Source: a virus (Duplodnaviria; Caudoviricetes). From it: DNA of 64,000 nucleotides. Position 1 is the stretch's first letter. Each line of letters opens with the position of its first letter. The stretch covers positions 37,978-101,977 of the IMG/VR virus record IMGVR_UViG_2833005253_000001. One strand, written 5' to 3'. The notes under the pieces were generated by a model. That model did no database searches. It saw only the letters and a program-made list of their open reading frames with translations, and was not told the DNA's origin. Below, piece after piece: positions 32,397-42,563 of the stretch. Made by a program: the position numbers and the translations under genes.

Positions 32397-32734
32397 GGGG
32401 TGTCCTCGTGTTCTGGTTCAGGTTTTTCCTCAGGCTCTTCCTCAGGCTCTTCCTCGGGCTCTTCCTCAGGTTCTTCCTCAGGTTCTTCCTCAGGCTCTTC
32501 CTCAGGTTCTTCCTCAGGTTCTTCCTCATGGACTGGGGCGTTTTCGTCATGTGGTTCAAGAACCTGCGGCGCGACTCGCACCACCTCCCCCTCTCGCAAC
32601 CGTCGAAACCAGTAGCTGTCCTCGGGCACCGTGGCCCCGGTGTCGGGCAGTGCCGTTTCAGGCAGACCCTGATAATTGGGCATGGGCACGAGGCGCCCTC
32701 GGTTGGGTTTGACACACATCGTCATTTGGTTCAC
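32393..32734 (-). CDS. DUF2635-like small tail protein with acidic EEEP tail
   Basis: VKPNRGRLVP..YWFRRLREGEV followed by about nine EEEP repeats. Confidence 0.78.
   Translation of the reverse strand: MNQMTMCVKPNRGRLVPMPNYQGLPETALPDTGATVPEDSYWFRRLREGEVVRVAPQVLEPHDENAPVHEEEPEEEPEEEPEEEPEEEPEEEPEEEPEEEPEEKPEPEHEDTP
32418..32527 (-). repeat. 12-bp tandem repeat (about 9 copies) encoding EEEP
   Basis: tcagg(c/t)tcttcc units. Confidence 0.92.
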
Positions 32735-33258
32735 TCCAGTGAAAGAAAGAGGTCGGGCTCAGGGGAAGGGCGCTCGAGACAGAGGGTGTCCCATTCGGGC
32801 AAGGCGGCCAAATCGTGCGCTTGACGGGTGTCTTCAGGGTGAATCTCGGTGCGGACCTGAAATTCAAATAAGTAATGATATTCCGCGCGGTTGGCCTCTA
32901 GCGGCTGTCCCCCCGCATATTCAATGGTCCCACCCTCCGGGTCAGGTGCCCAACCGAGCAACGCGCGCCAAATGTCCGCACGTACGTCATGCAGCAGGTC
33001 CACCGAGGGCCGTCCCCCGCTCCCATGACGGCGGTGATGGAGGATAACCACCACAGAGAACCGTTCGGTGAGGGTCTGCCAATAGGCATTCTGGGCACGT
33101 TGTTCCCCCACGACCTCTTCTCCTGGGAGGACATAGGCCGCGGGGAGGGCCAGTTTGCCGCACTCGGGTAAATCTTCGTAGTGCGCCACGCTGCCGACTC
33201 TGTTTTCAAAACGGGGGCAATGGGCGCGTAAGGCCGAAATAACAGGACTCAATTTCAT
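32731..33258 (-). CDS. Tail terminator/completion protein
   Basis: FENRV, LPAAYV, IWRALLGW; position upstream of sheath. Confidence 0.8.
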   Translation of the reverse strand: MKLSPVISALRAHCPRFENRVGSVAHYEDLPECGKLALPAAYVLPGEEVVGEQRAQNAYWQTLTERFSVVVILHHRRHGSGGRPSVDLLHDVRADIWRALLGWAPDPEGGTIEYAGGQPLEANRAEYHYLFEFQVRTEIHPEDTRQAHDLAALPEWDTLCLERPSPEPDLFLSLE

Positions 33259-33839
33259 GAATGATTCCGTCGGCGCTCAGGCCGAAGTGATTTACGCAGT
33301 GCTTTCTTTAACGTGTAGCACGTCCAACTTTTCAGACGCATTAATGTGGCAACCATGTAATTTTGACGTTTCTCAATTCGCCAACCACCGCTCTTGTGGT
33401 GACGCTTTTGTCGTTTATGTTGTTTAGGCATGCCGTAGGACGCGCTGCGTACCCCGTGATGCAGAAAAACAGGGTAAAAATCGCCTGCAATATCTTGACT
33501 GCCTATCCCTCGCTTCTGATTGGGCGCTATCTTAACCATCAATCCGGGTCGTCGTGAGGCAGGGCGAGGGACGTGGTAACCGATAGATTGCGCTAGTCGG
33601 CCCGTTTGCCATCGGGGGGTCTCTCCTGCTTGAGAACGGCCCCCCCGCTTCATCAGTCGACGACGCGCTTCTTCCTGATGCCTTTGACCGATTTTCATAA
33701 AAGCACGGCGAACCAGGAGACGATTAAAGACCAGATTTTTGGGTTGATGAAACTCAATATGGAGATTATCCAAAATCATTTCCTCTTTCTGGTTGACTGC
33801 TGGTTTCTTCGCACGAAAAGGCCAGAAAACGACCCGCAC
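33255..33839 (-). CDS. HK97 gp10-like neck protein
   Basis: GETP..QTGRLAQSI, FYPVFL; basic protein in the neck cluster. Confidence 0.7.
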   Translation of the reverse strand: MRVVFWPFRAKKPAVNQKEEMILDNLHIEFHQPKNLVFNRLLVRRAFMKIGQRHQEEARRRLMKRGGRSQAGETPRWQTGRLAQSIGYHVPRPASRRPGLMVKIAPNQKRGIGSQDIAGDFYPVFLHHGVRSASYGMPKQHKRQKRHHKSGGWRIEKRQNYMVATLMRLKSWTCYTLKKALRKSLRPERRRNHS

Positions 33840-34135
33840 TGTGGATATCCGTCACGCCACGTATCTGGTAAACCACACCGTTAATCACTTTGACTGCTGT
33901 CGTAAAGCGACTGTCTGTATCTCACTATGATTTTATGCGTGACGGTTTTGTTGATTTGAAAAGAATGGATGCGCAGGGTGTCACTGACGGGGATCAATTT
34001 TCCCCAAACAGTACACGCGCCTTGATTCGCCGCCTTTGTTCCACTCGCGCCTATTGGTTCATCCTGTCGCGTATAAAAAAAATGCGCTTGTTTAACTGTC
34101 CCGGATCGGGGAAACGAGAATGCGCTCTACCATAA
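33780..34135 (-). pseudogene. Head-tail adaptor (head closure), broken
   Basis: PDPGQLNKRI, VTHRITVRYR-like and RRFLAFSCEE-like fragments with stops. Confidence 0.6.
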
Positions 34136-34142
34136 TGAGGTG

Positions 34143-34460
34143 TCATAATCCGCTCAGCCTGTAGTCATCCACCAGAAACCTGAAAAACGGAAAAACAGAT
34201 AACTGTTCCATATCTGATACCCCTCCACGATGCTCATATAACCCCGTCACCAGGAGCAACATACCCTGAATAATCGCCGCATTGATAACCAGTCCATCAG
34301 GGTCAGTTTCAGGCACGGATGCTTTGTAGAGATGACGGTTCAGATGGGCGATGGTTTTTTGCTCTACGGCGGCGATATAACTCTCCAGCAGCATATCTTC
34401 ACTGTTATCGTCCAGTTCAATCCTGCATTGTCGTTTGACCTGTGCCTTGTTAATCCACAT
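34143..34460 (-). CDS. Head-tail connector (HK97 gp6-like)
   Basis: VKRQCRIE..EDMLLESYI, LLLVTGLYEHR. Confidence 0.9.
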   Translation of the reverse strand: MWINKAQVKRQCRIELDDNSEDMLLESYIAAVEQKTIAHLNRHLYKASVPETDPDGLVINAAIIQGMLLLVTGLYEHRGGVSDMEQLSVFPFFRFLVDDYRLSGL

Positions 34461-34522
34461 GTGGGTTTATTTCCAGTCAAAAAATGGCCTGCATCGGTAG
34501 GCCATCCTGTTTAAGTGGATGA

Positions 34523-35797
34523 CTACCCACCATGATTCCCTGATTGACCGCTTTTCCGCGCACCTCCTGCATTTGACGGAGCGGAAGGTGAGACCTCTAT
34601 CTGGGTTAAATTCCCTTTGATAAACGCTTCAGGACGGTAAACCGCGAGCGCCAGACGCTCTTCACAACGGATGGAGATCATGTTTTTTTCAAAATCATCG
34701 GTATTCTCGGTACTGATCACCACATTCGCTTCTTCACGGTCAAACAGTTGAGCCCCTAAACTGAATGCCCCCACCAGGAATTTGTCTTTAAACCCAGCGG
34801 CTTCTGTGACGACGACGGGTAAGCCCCACAATGTCGGCGTCGTCAGGGCTGCCGGATTGGAGAGGAGATAACGCCCCAGCGTATCCTTGATGAGTTCAAT
34901 CTGTGCCCAGTTGCTGAAGTGCAACACATGTCCTGTCGCAGGAATACGGGCCAGTTGCGCTTGCAGCATGGCCAGACGCAAATCATCAATCGCGGTGCGG
35001 TGGGAGGGGGTTAATTCCGCTTTGAATGTGGTGGCCTGCGTGAAGATCCCGTTCAGGTTTGAACCGGTACCGTCCCCGAAGAGAATTTGCTGTTCTTCCA
35101 CGTATTTCAGGCCATAACGCAATTCCATGTCGATCAGGGAGGCCAGTTGCGAAAAATCATCCAGAATCTGCTTGGATGCCTTAAAGAGATGGGCAATCGT
35201 GCGAACCGGTACGGTGGCCTCTTCAAATTCAATCGTGCTATAGGGCTTAACGGTATTTTCCGCCACTGGCTTGGCATGATTGGTCAATCCTTTCTGCTTC
35301 ACGTAGTAAATCGTGTTACTTTGCGTCTTTCCACTGGCGATCAAATCACGAATGAACAACCGTGGCTTCGGCTGGGTTAAGAGGTCTGATTGACGGTCTG
35401 GCGCGACAATCGTTCCTCTGACATCCGATGAAATCAGGGCGGCGTTAATCGGTGCTATCACCCGTTTACTCGATTCCATTCCCGAGCCTAAAGCCTGTAC
35501 TGCCTCCATGCCCACCACCTGTTGACCGATAGAACTCACCACGTTCAACGCATTGGCCAACGGCATTTGGGCGATATGCTGTTCCACTTCCCCCACCTGG
35601 GCTTTCAGGGTTTTTTCTGCTTCGCGCAAGGCATTGAGTTCGACCGCCATTTTATCGACGGCCGCTTTGGTTTCTGAGGAAAGCTGCCCGGATTTTTGCG
35701 CTTCCTTCAGGGCTTTCTCTGCCTGGGCGCTATATTGACTGCTGGCTTCTTCAATAGAAGCGGTGACTTTTTTAAACATTTCATTCATCTCAGACAT
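34523..35797 (-). CDS. Major capsid protein (HK97 fold)
   Basis: ASKQILDD, EEQQILFGDG, LWGLPVV, RCEERLALAVYRPEAF. Confidence 0.95.
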   Translation of the reverse strand: MSEMNEMFKKVTASIEEASSQYSAQAEKALKEAQKSGQLSSETKAAVDKMAVELNALREAEKTLKAQVGEVEQHIAQMPLANALNVVSSIGQQVVGMEAVQALGSGMESSKRVIAPINAALISSDVRGTIVAPDRQSDLLTQPKPRLFIRDLIASGKTQSNTIYYVKQKGLTNHAKPVAENTVKPYSTIEFEEATVPVRTIAHLFKASKQILDDFSQLASLIDMELRYGLKYVEEQQILFGDGTGSNLNGIFTQATTFKAELTPSHRTAIDDLRLAMLQAQLARIPATGHVLHFSNWAQIELIKDTLGRYLLSNPAALTTPTLWGLPVVVTEAAGFKDKFLVGAFSLGAQLFDREEANVVISTENTDDFEKNMISIRCEERLALAVYRPEAFIKGNLTQIEVSPSAPSNAGGARKSGQSGNHGG

Positions 35798-35809
35798 ATA
35801 GTCTCCAGT

Positions 35810-36667
35810 TTAATGGGGTATTGACACCAGACGACGCAAGGCATTGTCCAGTTGCGTCCAGGTCTCGGAAGAAACCTCATGGGCATCGCAGGGCGTACCG
35901 TGAGAGGGGGGGATAGCGCCCGGCATATCACCGCGTAAGGCGTTCAATAATCGTCGTCGTTCAGCACGGGGCGTATTGGCTTTTGCCAGGAGTGCATCCA
36001 GTTTTCTCAGGGCGGCGATGGGCGAATCGTTGTCCTGCTGCGTGCTGTCTGCGGGCAGGAGGGTATCCGCAAACCCTTTCTCTATCGCTTCGCCTCCATT
36101 CATCCAGGTTTCCTTGTCCATCATCTCGGTCATCGTCGTTTCATCCATGCCGGTTCTGGCGACGTAAATCTCCCGCATAGCCAAATCAAAGGGTGCCATT
36201 TTTTCCGCCATTTCGGCAAAGTCATGGCGATGACCGACTGCCATACCCCAGGTGTTGTGGATCATCAGGAAAGCACTTCGCCCGATTTGTATCTCATCGC
36301 CTGACATGGCAATGATGGAAGCGGCTGAGGCCGCTAATCCCAATATTTTCACAGTGACCTTGCCGGGGTATTCACGTAGCTGATTGTAGATAGTCAGCCC
36401 TTCAAACAGATCGCCCCCCGGCGAATTGATATTGACGGTGACCGCTTTCCCCTCCAGTGACCGCAATATTGCCCCCATTCGTTGAGCGGTCACGCCTTCG
36501 CCTGCCCAATCCTGCCCAATCGACTCAAATATCGATAGCGTATTCTCATCCTGGCTCGATGCCCTGATGCGGCTGTTCCACATGGCCAATGCGGACGGTA
36601 AAATTTCACTGGTCATTGTCGGACAGGGAAAAACCGCCGGTAATACCGGAAGTGCATTTTTTTTCAT
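35810..36667 (-). CDS. ClpP-type prohead protease
   Basis: INSPGGD, AASAASIIAM, MIHN, ETWM. Confidence 0.93.
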   Translation of the reverse strand: MKKNALPVLPAVFPCPTMTSEILPSALAMWNSRIRASSQDENTLSIFESIGQDWAGEGVTAQRMGAILRSLEGKAVTVNINSPGGDLFEGLTIYNQLREYPGKVTVKILGLAASAASIIAMSGDEIQIGRSAFLMIHNTWGMAVGHRHDFAEMAEKMAPFDLAMREIYVARTGMDETTMTEMMDKETWMNGGEAIEKGFADTLLPADSTQQDNDSPIAALRKLDALLAKANTPRAERRRLLNALRGDMPGAIPPSHGTPCDAHEVSSETWTQLDNALRRLVSIPH

Positions 36668-36744
36668 CGGGAAAAACTCCAGTTATTCTGTTGCTGGCCA
36701 GGCCAGGCGCTGCTCGGGGGATGAGAAGGGGATGGGTCAGGGCA

Positions 36745-38012
36745 TCACCCGGCATTGAGCGCGGCTCGCGCTTTTTTGCCGTCATTTTCCTGTCCCAGTT
36801 GATGGAGTGGCGTCAGGTTCAACTGAACGGTATACAGGTCACCGCCCTCAATCGGCGGCAGATTTTCCAGCCGTCGTACATCATTGCGACTCATCCAGCC
36901 ATTTTGTAACGCAGTGGTGTAATAGGCCGCTCGACCATTACTGTCCGTTCTCAGTAGGCCTTCCACAGAAAACTCTGCAAAATAGTCTTCGTCATTCTCC
37001 AGCAGGCAACGGGCGATCTCCTGTTCAATGTTCACCAGTAAGGGCCGTAATGTATTGGTCAGGAAAATCAGGTTCATCCCTTCTACGCTGGATGCCCAAC
37101 TGCTTTGTTGGGTGATATGACCGACCATAAACGGCGGGACACGATACCATCGACAGATTTCTTCGACGCTATGATCGCGGCTTTCCAGCATCTGAGAGGT
37201 TTGTGGGCAAGGGTGATGCCATTGAATTTCATCCCGGCTTCCAGCAGCATGACTTTTCCGGTATTGTTCGATCCTGAAAATCGCTCAAGCTCTTTATTAA
37301 ACGTTTCTCGTTGCTCCCTGGTGAGTAATTTGTCGAAAGTGACAAAACCGGATGCCGACATGCCTTTCTGGAAATACCGTGCCGCCGTTGTTTCGAGTGA
37401 CATGGCCGAGCCAAACACCTCACGACCGGATTTCAACGGCATCATGCCGCAAACCCCATCTAACCCAAAACCACGTATGTGCATCATGTCGTTATCTGCA
37501 ATCACCCGGGGTTTTAATGACGGATCACCTCTGGGGTTCTCGGTATCATGGTATTCCAATCGCCCATTATTCCGTCGTATCACGGTGATGTTTTGGGGTA
37601 ATCGCGGGACTAATGCAATCAGACGTTGCCCTATTGTCTTTTTTTCAATAAAGGCATTGCCGCGTAAACATAAACTGGCCACCACCATCTGCATAAAGCG
37701 GGAGGGGGTCATGTCCAGGTTAGGGCGCCGACACAGGACGTTGTAAACAGGGTGTTGCTGCGCCAGGCTGCGTGAGCCATCCGGTTCGCGGTGATACAGT
37801 TTGAGCGGTAACGTGGATATCGATTCACTCAACAGCCGCACACAGGCCCAGACGGCGGACAGTTGCAGGGCTTTATCGGCCGTCACCACTTGCCCGCTTT
37901 GACTCTGGCTATAGTCATGAAACGACGACCGTGTCTCCGTGACATTCTGTGGCACCCCTAGCCAGTTGAGCAAGGCACTTTTGATTTTTCCGGGAGATTG
38001 ATGTTTTTTCAC
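36745..38012 (-). pseudogene. HK97-family portal protein, frameshifted near 37205
   Basis: AVWACVRLLSES in ORF 37083-38012; EEICRWYRVPP in ORF 36745-37191. Confidence 0.9.
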
Positions 38013-39760
38013 TACAGCCCTACCATAATCGGATTCGTTAAAAAGCCATCCAGATCGCCGATTTCTTCCTCCACACCCTCGGCGGCCCCGATGGCCATCG
38101 CCAACGCGACAACACCGTCGATACGACCGTTACTGCGGCGTTTGCTGAAAACCCGGTTGCCGTTTTTGTCTTCTTCAATCACGGCATTGGCGGCGTTCCA
38201 ACGTAGGCAGGGGTTGGCATCAATGCGTAATTGGCCAGAAAGAAGGTGCTGCTCAAACAATTCAATGGACCTGGGCATCCAAAGTCCGGATTGTGTCGAT
38301 TTGCCGAAGCCTTGTCCGTGAGGCGTTAATACCGTATTCACCCCTTCGTTTTCCAGTTCTGGCCGTAAATAATCCATATGATACGCATCGTAGGCAATCC
38401 TGTTGAGGCTATATCGTGCGGATAATTCCGCTATCCGTTTGGCAACAAAGCCCAGGTTGATGGCATTCCCAGTTGGCGCATGAAGATACCCCTTTCTTAC
38501 CCAGGCATCATAAGGAACCCTATCCACTCTGGCACGATCTAATAACGTTTCTTGCGGTGTCCAGAACTCCACATAAGCGATTTTTTCTGCGGGCCAATAG
38601 AGCGCCAGCGCGATTAAATCACGCTTGCCCGATAAATCCAGCCCCCCGTAGCAGGGGGCATCTGCCAACGCCCCTAAATCCAGCGAGGTTTCCTCACAAG
38701 CCATCCAGCGATCACTATTTATCCAGGGATTCTCCGCATCGACCCACTGACAGAAATTAAGACGACGAACCAGGCTCTCTTTGGCTGGCATACCGCGGGC
38801 TTGCGTGACTTGCTCCTGCAAATAGCGATCGCTGAACGTATGACCTAATGAGGGATTGGCTTTTTTCCAGCAACCGTTCTCTTTAAAGGGGTCATCGCCT
38901 TCGTCCAGCGAACAGATGAACGCGAAAAAACTGTCATCTTCGATGCTCCCTTCTGCCACTTTACGCCCGTATTCGTGATAGTCGTAGCACACACTGGTTT
39001 TGTTATGGCCGCTATTGGTGATCATGAAAATCAATGCCTGTTGGCGGCCTTTGGTGCCCGCCCGCATCATTTCAACGACCTGATGACTTTTGTGTTCGTG
39101 AATTTCATCAATCAAGGCACAGTGAGGACGGGGGCCGGATTGCCCATCATCGGCGCTGATAGGCCGGAAAAAGGCACTGGCCTGTAAAAAGGCCAGATTC
39201 CATTCCTTGCCCGCCCCGCCGGATTTCTGGATCCGTTCGGCCAGCCTGGGCGATTGGTCTACCATGGCGACCGCGTCACGAAACAGGATCATCGCCTGGT
39301 CTTTTTTGGTGGCGGCGGCGTAGACTTCGGCTCGCGCTTCATTATCGGCCACCAGACAGTACAACCCAATACCCGCCGCCAGGGGGGATTTCCCCGATCC
39401 TTTGCCTGCCTCAACGTATGCCATCCGAAACCGGCGTTGTCCTTCACTGTTTTTCCAGCCGAAAAGGGAGCCCACGATAAAACACTGCCAGGGTAGCAAA
39501 TGAAACGGCTTGCCTTCATAGATACCGCCGTTCAATTTCAATACGTTGGAAAAAAAACGTATCGCACGCTGAGCTGCCGATAAGTTCCACAGGATACCGC
39601 GGGTATTCGCCGTGGCTAAATCCCGCCAGTGACGTTGACAGGCATGACGAATATCAGGCCCGGCAAGCTCCGCGCCTGAAACTACCGCAGTGGCATAGTC
39701 TGTGGCTAAATCAGTGAGCAAAGAATTCGTCGAGTTCGTCAGGGTGCGTTGCTTTGTCAT
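38012..39760 (-). CDS. terL: Terminase large subunit
   Basis: GKGSGKS, IDEIHEH, GGLDLS, RIDGVVALAMA. Confidence 0.95.
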   Translation of the reverse strand: MTKQRTLTNSTNSLLTDLATDYATAVVSGAELAGPDIRHACQRHWRDLATANTRGILWNLSAAQRAIRFFSNVLKLNGGIYEGKPFHLLPWQCFIVGSLFGWKNSEGQRRFRMAYVEAGKGSGKSPLAAGIGLYCLVADNEARAEVYAAATKKDQAMILFRDAVAMVDQSPRLAERIQKSGGAGKEWNLAFLQASAFFRPISADDGQSGPRPHCALIDEIHEHKSHQVVEMMRAGTKGRQQALIFMITNSGHNKTSVCYDYHEYGRKVAEGSIEDDSFFAFICSLDEGDDPFKENGCWKKANPSLGHTFSDRYLQEQVTQARGMPAKESLVRRLNFCQWVDAENPWINSDRWMACEETSLDLGALADAPCYGGLDLSGKRDLIALALYWPAEKIAYVEFWTPQETLLDRARVDRVPYDAWVRKGYLHAPTGNAINLGFVAKRIAELSARYSLNRIAYDAYHMDYLRPELENEGVNTVLTPHGQGFGKSTQSGLWMPRSIELFEQHLLSGQLRIDANPCLRWNAANAVIEEDKNGNRVFSKRRSNGRIDGVVALAMAIGAAEGVEEEIGDLDGFLTNPIMVGL

Positions 39761-40181
39761 GCGTCCTCACCTTTGTCCTTGCCGCTGGCGTGAGCCCAAA
39801 TTCAACCAGATAGCTCTTAAAGCGCTTATCCGCATCCGCCAGCATGGAAACCGCGGGATTGGCCTTGATTAATAGGCCGTTCTGGGAATGCACCTCAAAC
39901 GTTTCCCCCTTTCTCTCTATCAGGGCGCGATACCGTAAGATTTCAGCGTAAATATCACACAGCCTTTCCAAAGCAAAAGCATCAGCGAGGGTTAACACGC
40001 TCATACTATTGAGTAATTGAGTCAGCCGTTCCCAGGTGTCTTTTGCCGTATTGGATAAATGTGTTGGAGGTTGCGCTGAATAAGGTGGTGGTGTAGGCTC
40101 AGCGCTATTGAGGGGTCTTCTTCCCGGATTGCCGGTCACTAATTTTAATGCTGTGGGTGTTGGGCGTCTTCCCGCCATCAA
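39711..40181 (-). CDS. terS: Terminase small subunit, P27 family
   Basis: GRRPTPTALKLVTGNPG, EFGLTPAAR. Confidence 0.93.
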   Translation of the reverse strand: MMAGRRPTPTALKLVTGNPGRRPLNSAEPTPPPYSAQPPTHLSNTAKDTWERLTQLLNSMSVLTLADAFALERLCDIYAEILRYRALIERKGETFEVHSQNGLLIKANPAVSMLADADKRFKSYLVEFGLTPAARTKVRTHDKATHPDELDEFFAH

Positions 40182-40249
40182 TATATCCTTTTTGTTAAGA
40201 TTTCATAAAAAGTGTCTATATTTCAACTATATACGATATTTTGTGAAAC

Positions 40250-40335
40250 TGGTTTTCATTTCGCGACTGTGTGTACAAACGGGGCCAATGGGTCAGGAAG
40301 TCCTTCTTAGAGGAACTTTTAACCCACCCTATCCA
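40250..40335. other. Possible cos region
   Basis: Non-coding segment between HNH and terS, the usual cos position in HK97-like phages. Confidence 0.35.
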
Positions 40336-40396
40336 CTTATCCTGTTGATATATAATAAAAATATAATAAAAATATCATAAATCCTCGATGATGAGA

Positions 40397-40759
40397 TCAC
40401 TTTTTACCCTGATACCAGTGACTATTGGGATGATTCGGGATCCCGTTTTCATCACAGCCATAGCCTTTGTTACCTTTTTCCATCCGTTGCTTGGTGGTGT
40501 TGTGATGCTGAACACAGAGTGGCTGCCAGTTCTTTTCATCCCAGAAACGTTTTTGTGCTGCCGTGACTTCTTCTGTTGTCTGAGCAAAGCGCAGACGGTG
40601 AGGAATGATATGGTCAACCACGGTGGCCGGATGAATCAAATGGTGGGCTTGACACATGACACACAAGGGATTTTTTGCAAGAAATGCCCGGCGTGCTTTA
40701 TCCCAGCGGAAATTGTAGAGTTGTTTTTTTTGCATAATTTTAAAACAAGCTTGTATCAT
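40397..40759 (-). CDS. HNH endonuclease (packaging-associated)
   Basis: PLCVMC, VVDHIIPH, NWQPLC..HH. Confidence 0.9.
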   Translation of the reverse strand: MIQACFKIMQKKQLYNFRWDKARRAFLAKNPLCVMCQAHHLIHPATVVDHIIPHRLRFAQTTEEVTAAQKRFWDEKNWQPLCVQHHNTTKQRMEKGNKGYGCDENGIPNHPNSHWYQGKK

Positions 40760-40785
40760 GTAACGTTATGAGATACAGTTTTTAC

Positions 40786-41064
40786 ATGATTATAGGATTT
40801 CGACACAAAGGACTTGCAGCCTTCTATGCAACAGAAACAACACGAGGCATTCAAGCCGCACATGCTCCAAAGCTACGCCGCATCCTTTCTTTACTCGATG
40901 TTGCTGAAAGCCCACAAGATCTAAATATACCATCTTTCAAATTACACCCACTAAAAGGAGAAATGAAAGACCACTGGTCTATATGGGTTAATGGCAATTG
41001 GCGAGTCACCTTTCGCTTTGTTGGTTCAAATATTGAACTGGTTGACTATATTGATTATCACTAA
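40786..41064 (+). CDS. higB: HigB toxin (plasmid maintenance killer family)
   Basis: FRHKGL, LHPLKG, WSIWVNGNWRVTFRF, DYIDYH. Confidence 0.92.
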   Translation: MIIGFRHKGLAAFYATETTRGIQAAHAPKLRRILSLLDVAESPQDLNIPSFKLHPLKGEMKDHWSIWVNGNWRVTFRFVGSNIELVDYIDYH

Positions 41065-41077
41065 GGGAGTTAATACT

Positions 41078-41368
41078 ATGATGAAAAATCCCCCTCATCC
41101 CGGTGAATTATTACGAGAAGATGTGATAAATGAATTGGGTCTATCTGTTAAAGAAGTCGCTGAACATTTGAAAATATCTCGCGTTTCGCTTTCTCGAGTA
41201 CTTAACCAGCACGCAGCTATTAGTCTCGACCTTGCCCTACGCCTTGAAATGGCCGGCATGAGTACAGCGCGCGCATGGCTTGCTATGCAGCTTAATTATG
41301 ATTTAGCACAAGCTAGAAAACATCGACAACCAACAATTGAGCGCCTAGGGCTTGTTAATAACATTTAA
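41078..41368 (+). CDS. higA: HigA antitoxin
   Basis: PPHPGELLRE, HTH, WLAMQLNYDL. Confidence 0.92.
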   Translation: MMKNPPHPGELLREDVINELGLSVKEVAEHLKISRVSLSRVLNQHAAISLDLALRLEMAGMSTARAWLAMQLNYDLAQARKHRQPTIERLGLVNNI

Positions 41369-41566
41369 TTAATTCTTCGGCGGCTCAGGCAGCGGCATCC
41401 AGTGGTTAGCGGTACACATTTTCTGAATACCTTGGCAACAATCTGCATAGTGAAACTGAGAATTATCCAGATAAACACCCACCAGATATTCTTTTCTGTC
41501 CTTTCGATAAATAAGTGCTGTTTCGTTAATCTCTGGCATACTTACACGACAATCAATCCAGTTCAT
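41369..41566 (-). CDS. DUF551 phage protein
   Basis: WIDC..MPE and HWMPLPEPP. Confidence 0.85.
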   Translation of the reverse strand: MNWIDCRVSMPEINETALIYRKDRKEYLVGVYLDNSQFHYADCCQGIQKMCTANHWMPLPEPPKN

Positions 41567-41822
41567 TAATTCTAATTTTCCTGTTGATTCGACAAAACAA
41601 CCTTCCGTATGTAATCCTGAAGGTATTTAATTTTTGCTTGGTCGCTGATGATTCCGGCTCTGATATCGAGAACGTTTCGTCCAGCAATTGAAGAGAGTTC
41701 GATGGTTCCTGCATGGCCCAGGCTGCTGGGGCGGGGAGTGCTGACTGGACAGTGACCTTTGACGAGCACCCGACCACCGCGATCAAGCTTACGACGCAAA
41801 TGATGATTCTTGGCTTGCACAT
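41553..41822 (-). CDS. Rz1 o-spanin lipoprotein (embedded in Rz)
   Basis: Lipobox VVGC, Pro-rich LPAPAAWAM. Confidence 0.8.
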   Translation of the reverse strand: MCKPRIIICVVSLIAVVGCSSKVTVQSALPAPAAWAMQEPSNSLQLLDETFSISEPESSATKQKLNTFRITYGRLFCRINRKIRINELD

Positions 41823-42033
41823 CGGCTAATTCCTTCGTGTGTCTGTCATCCAGCGCCGAGATGGTCTGTATCTGCTGGCTTAACTGCTCAAATGCAACCT
41901 GTTGTTTTTCCCTATCCGATACAGCAATCTTTCGTGCTTTTTCAGCATCGTAATACAGTGTCCGGTAATACAGGGTTACACCTGACATTGAGGTCAGTAG
42001 CAAAGCGATAACAAGAGGAATTTTCCAGGTCAT
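41572..42033 (-). CDS. Rz i-spanin
   Basis: N-terminal TM, ALDDRHTKELAD, YLQDYIR. Confidence 0.88.
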   Translation of the reverse strand: MTWKIPLVIALLLTSMSGVTLYYRTLYYDAEKARKIAVSDREKQQVAFEQLSQQIQTISALDDRHTKELADVQAKNHHLRRKLDRGGRVLVKGHCPVSTPRPSSLGHAGTIELSSIAGRNVLDIRAGIISDQAKIKYLQDYIRKVVLSNQQEN

Positions 42034-42098
42034 AAGTTGTTTCCAGAAATGCCGTTATGAATGCTGACGCAACTTGTGGAACAATCGCATTCCTCTTG

Positions 42099-42398
42099 TT
42101 ACTGGACTACTTTATCGCGGATTTCGGACTTGACCTTGTTGGGATAGATAGTACGGAGCCATCCAGCAAGTTTTCGCAAGGGAAGGCAAGCCATTTTTCT
42201 CTCCTTGCCATCAGAGGCAACTATAACGATTTCCGTTACAGTTGATTTAAAGCGTTGTTTTAACTTCTCTAATTGAGCCTGCCAGGCCATCCCCATCCCT
42301 TCGACAATGGGTTTCATTGGCACATGAGGCTCGCCATTGTGCTCAACAACGTAAAGCTCAGTGCCGTAAAATGTTGCAGTAACGATCATGTTGTTCAT
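42099..42398 (-). CDS. P22AR N-terminal antirepressor-like protein (short)
   Basis: FYGTEL, VPMKPIVEGMG, MACLPLRKLAGWL. Confidence 0.85.
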   Translation of the reverse strand: MNNMIVTATFYGTELYVVEHNGEPHVPMKPIVEGMGMAWQAQLEKLKQRFKSTVTEIVIVASDGKERKMACLPLRKLAGWLRTIYPNKVKSEIRDKVVQ

Positions 42399-42563
42399 TG
42401 GTGTTTACCTTCAAAAAAGAGACCTCAGATCACACGAACAGCCAGCCCCTGAGCACACCAATTACTGGCGTTCTCCAAGGTCGCTTTTGTGAATAGTCTC
42501 AGGGTTGTGTTGATATGCGCGTGTGAAGCGCAGGCGAAAAAAAGCCCAGCACGATGCCAAGGC

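Noticed and set aside
32224-32824. GSSS-, QVLP- and RFFL-repeat ORFs
   Set aside because: These are alternative frames of the EEEP 12-bp repeat; only 32393-32734 fits the operon.
22086-39519. Numerous plus-strand ORFs across the head-tail region
   Set aside because: They are antisense shadows of GC-rich structural genes with no recognisable motifs; the TA pair is the exception.
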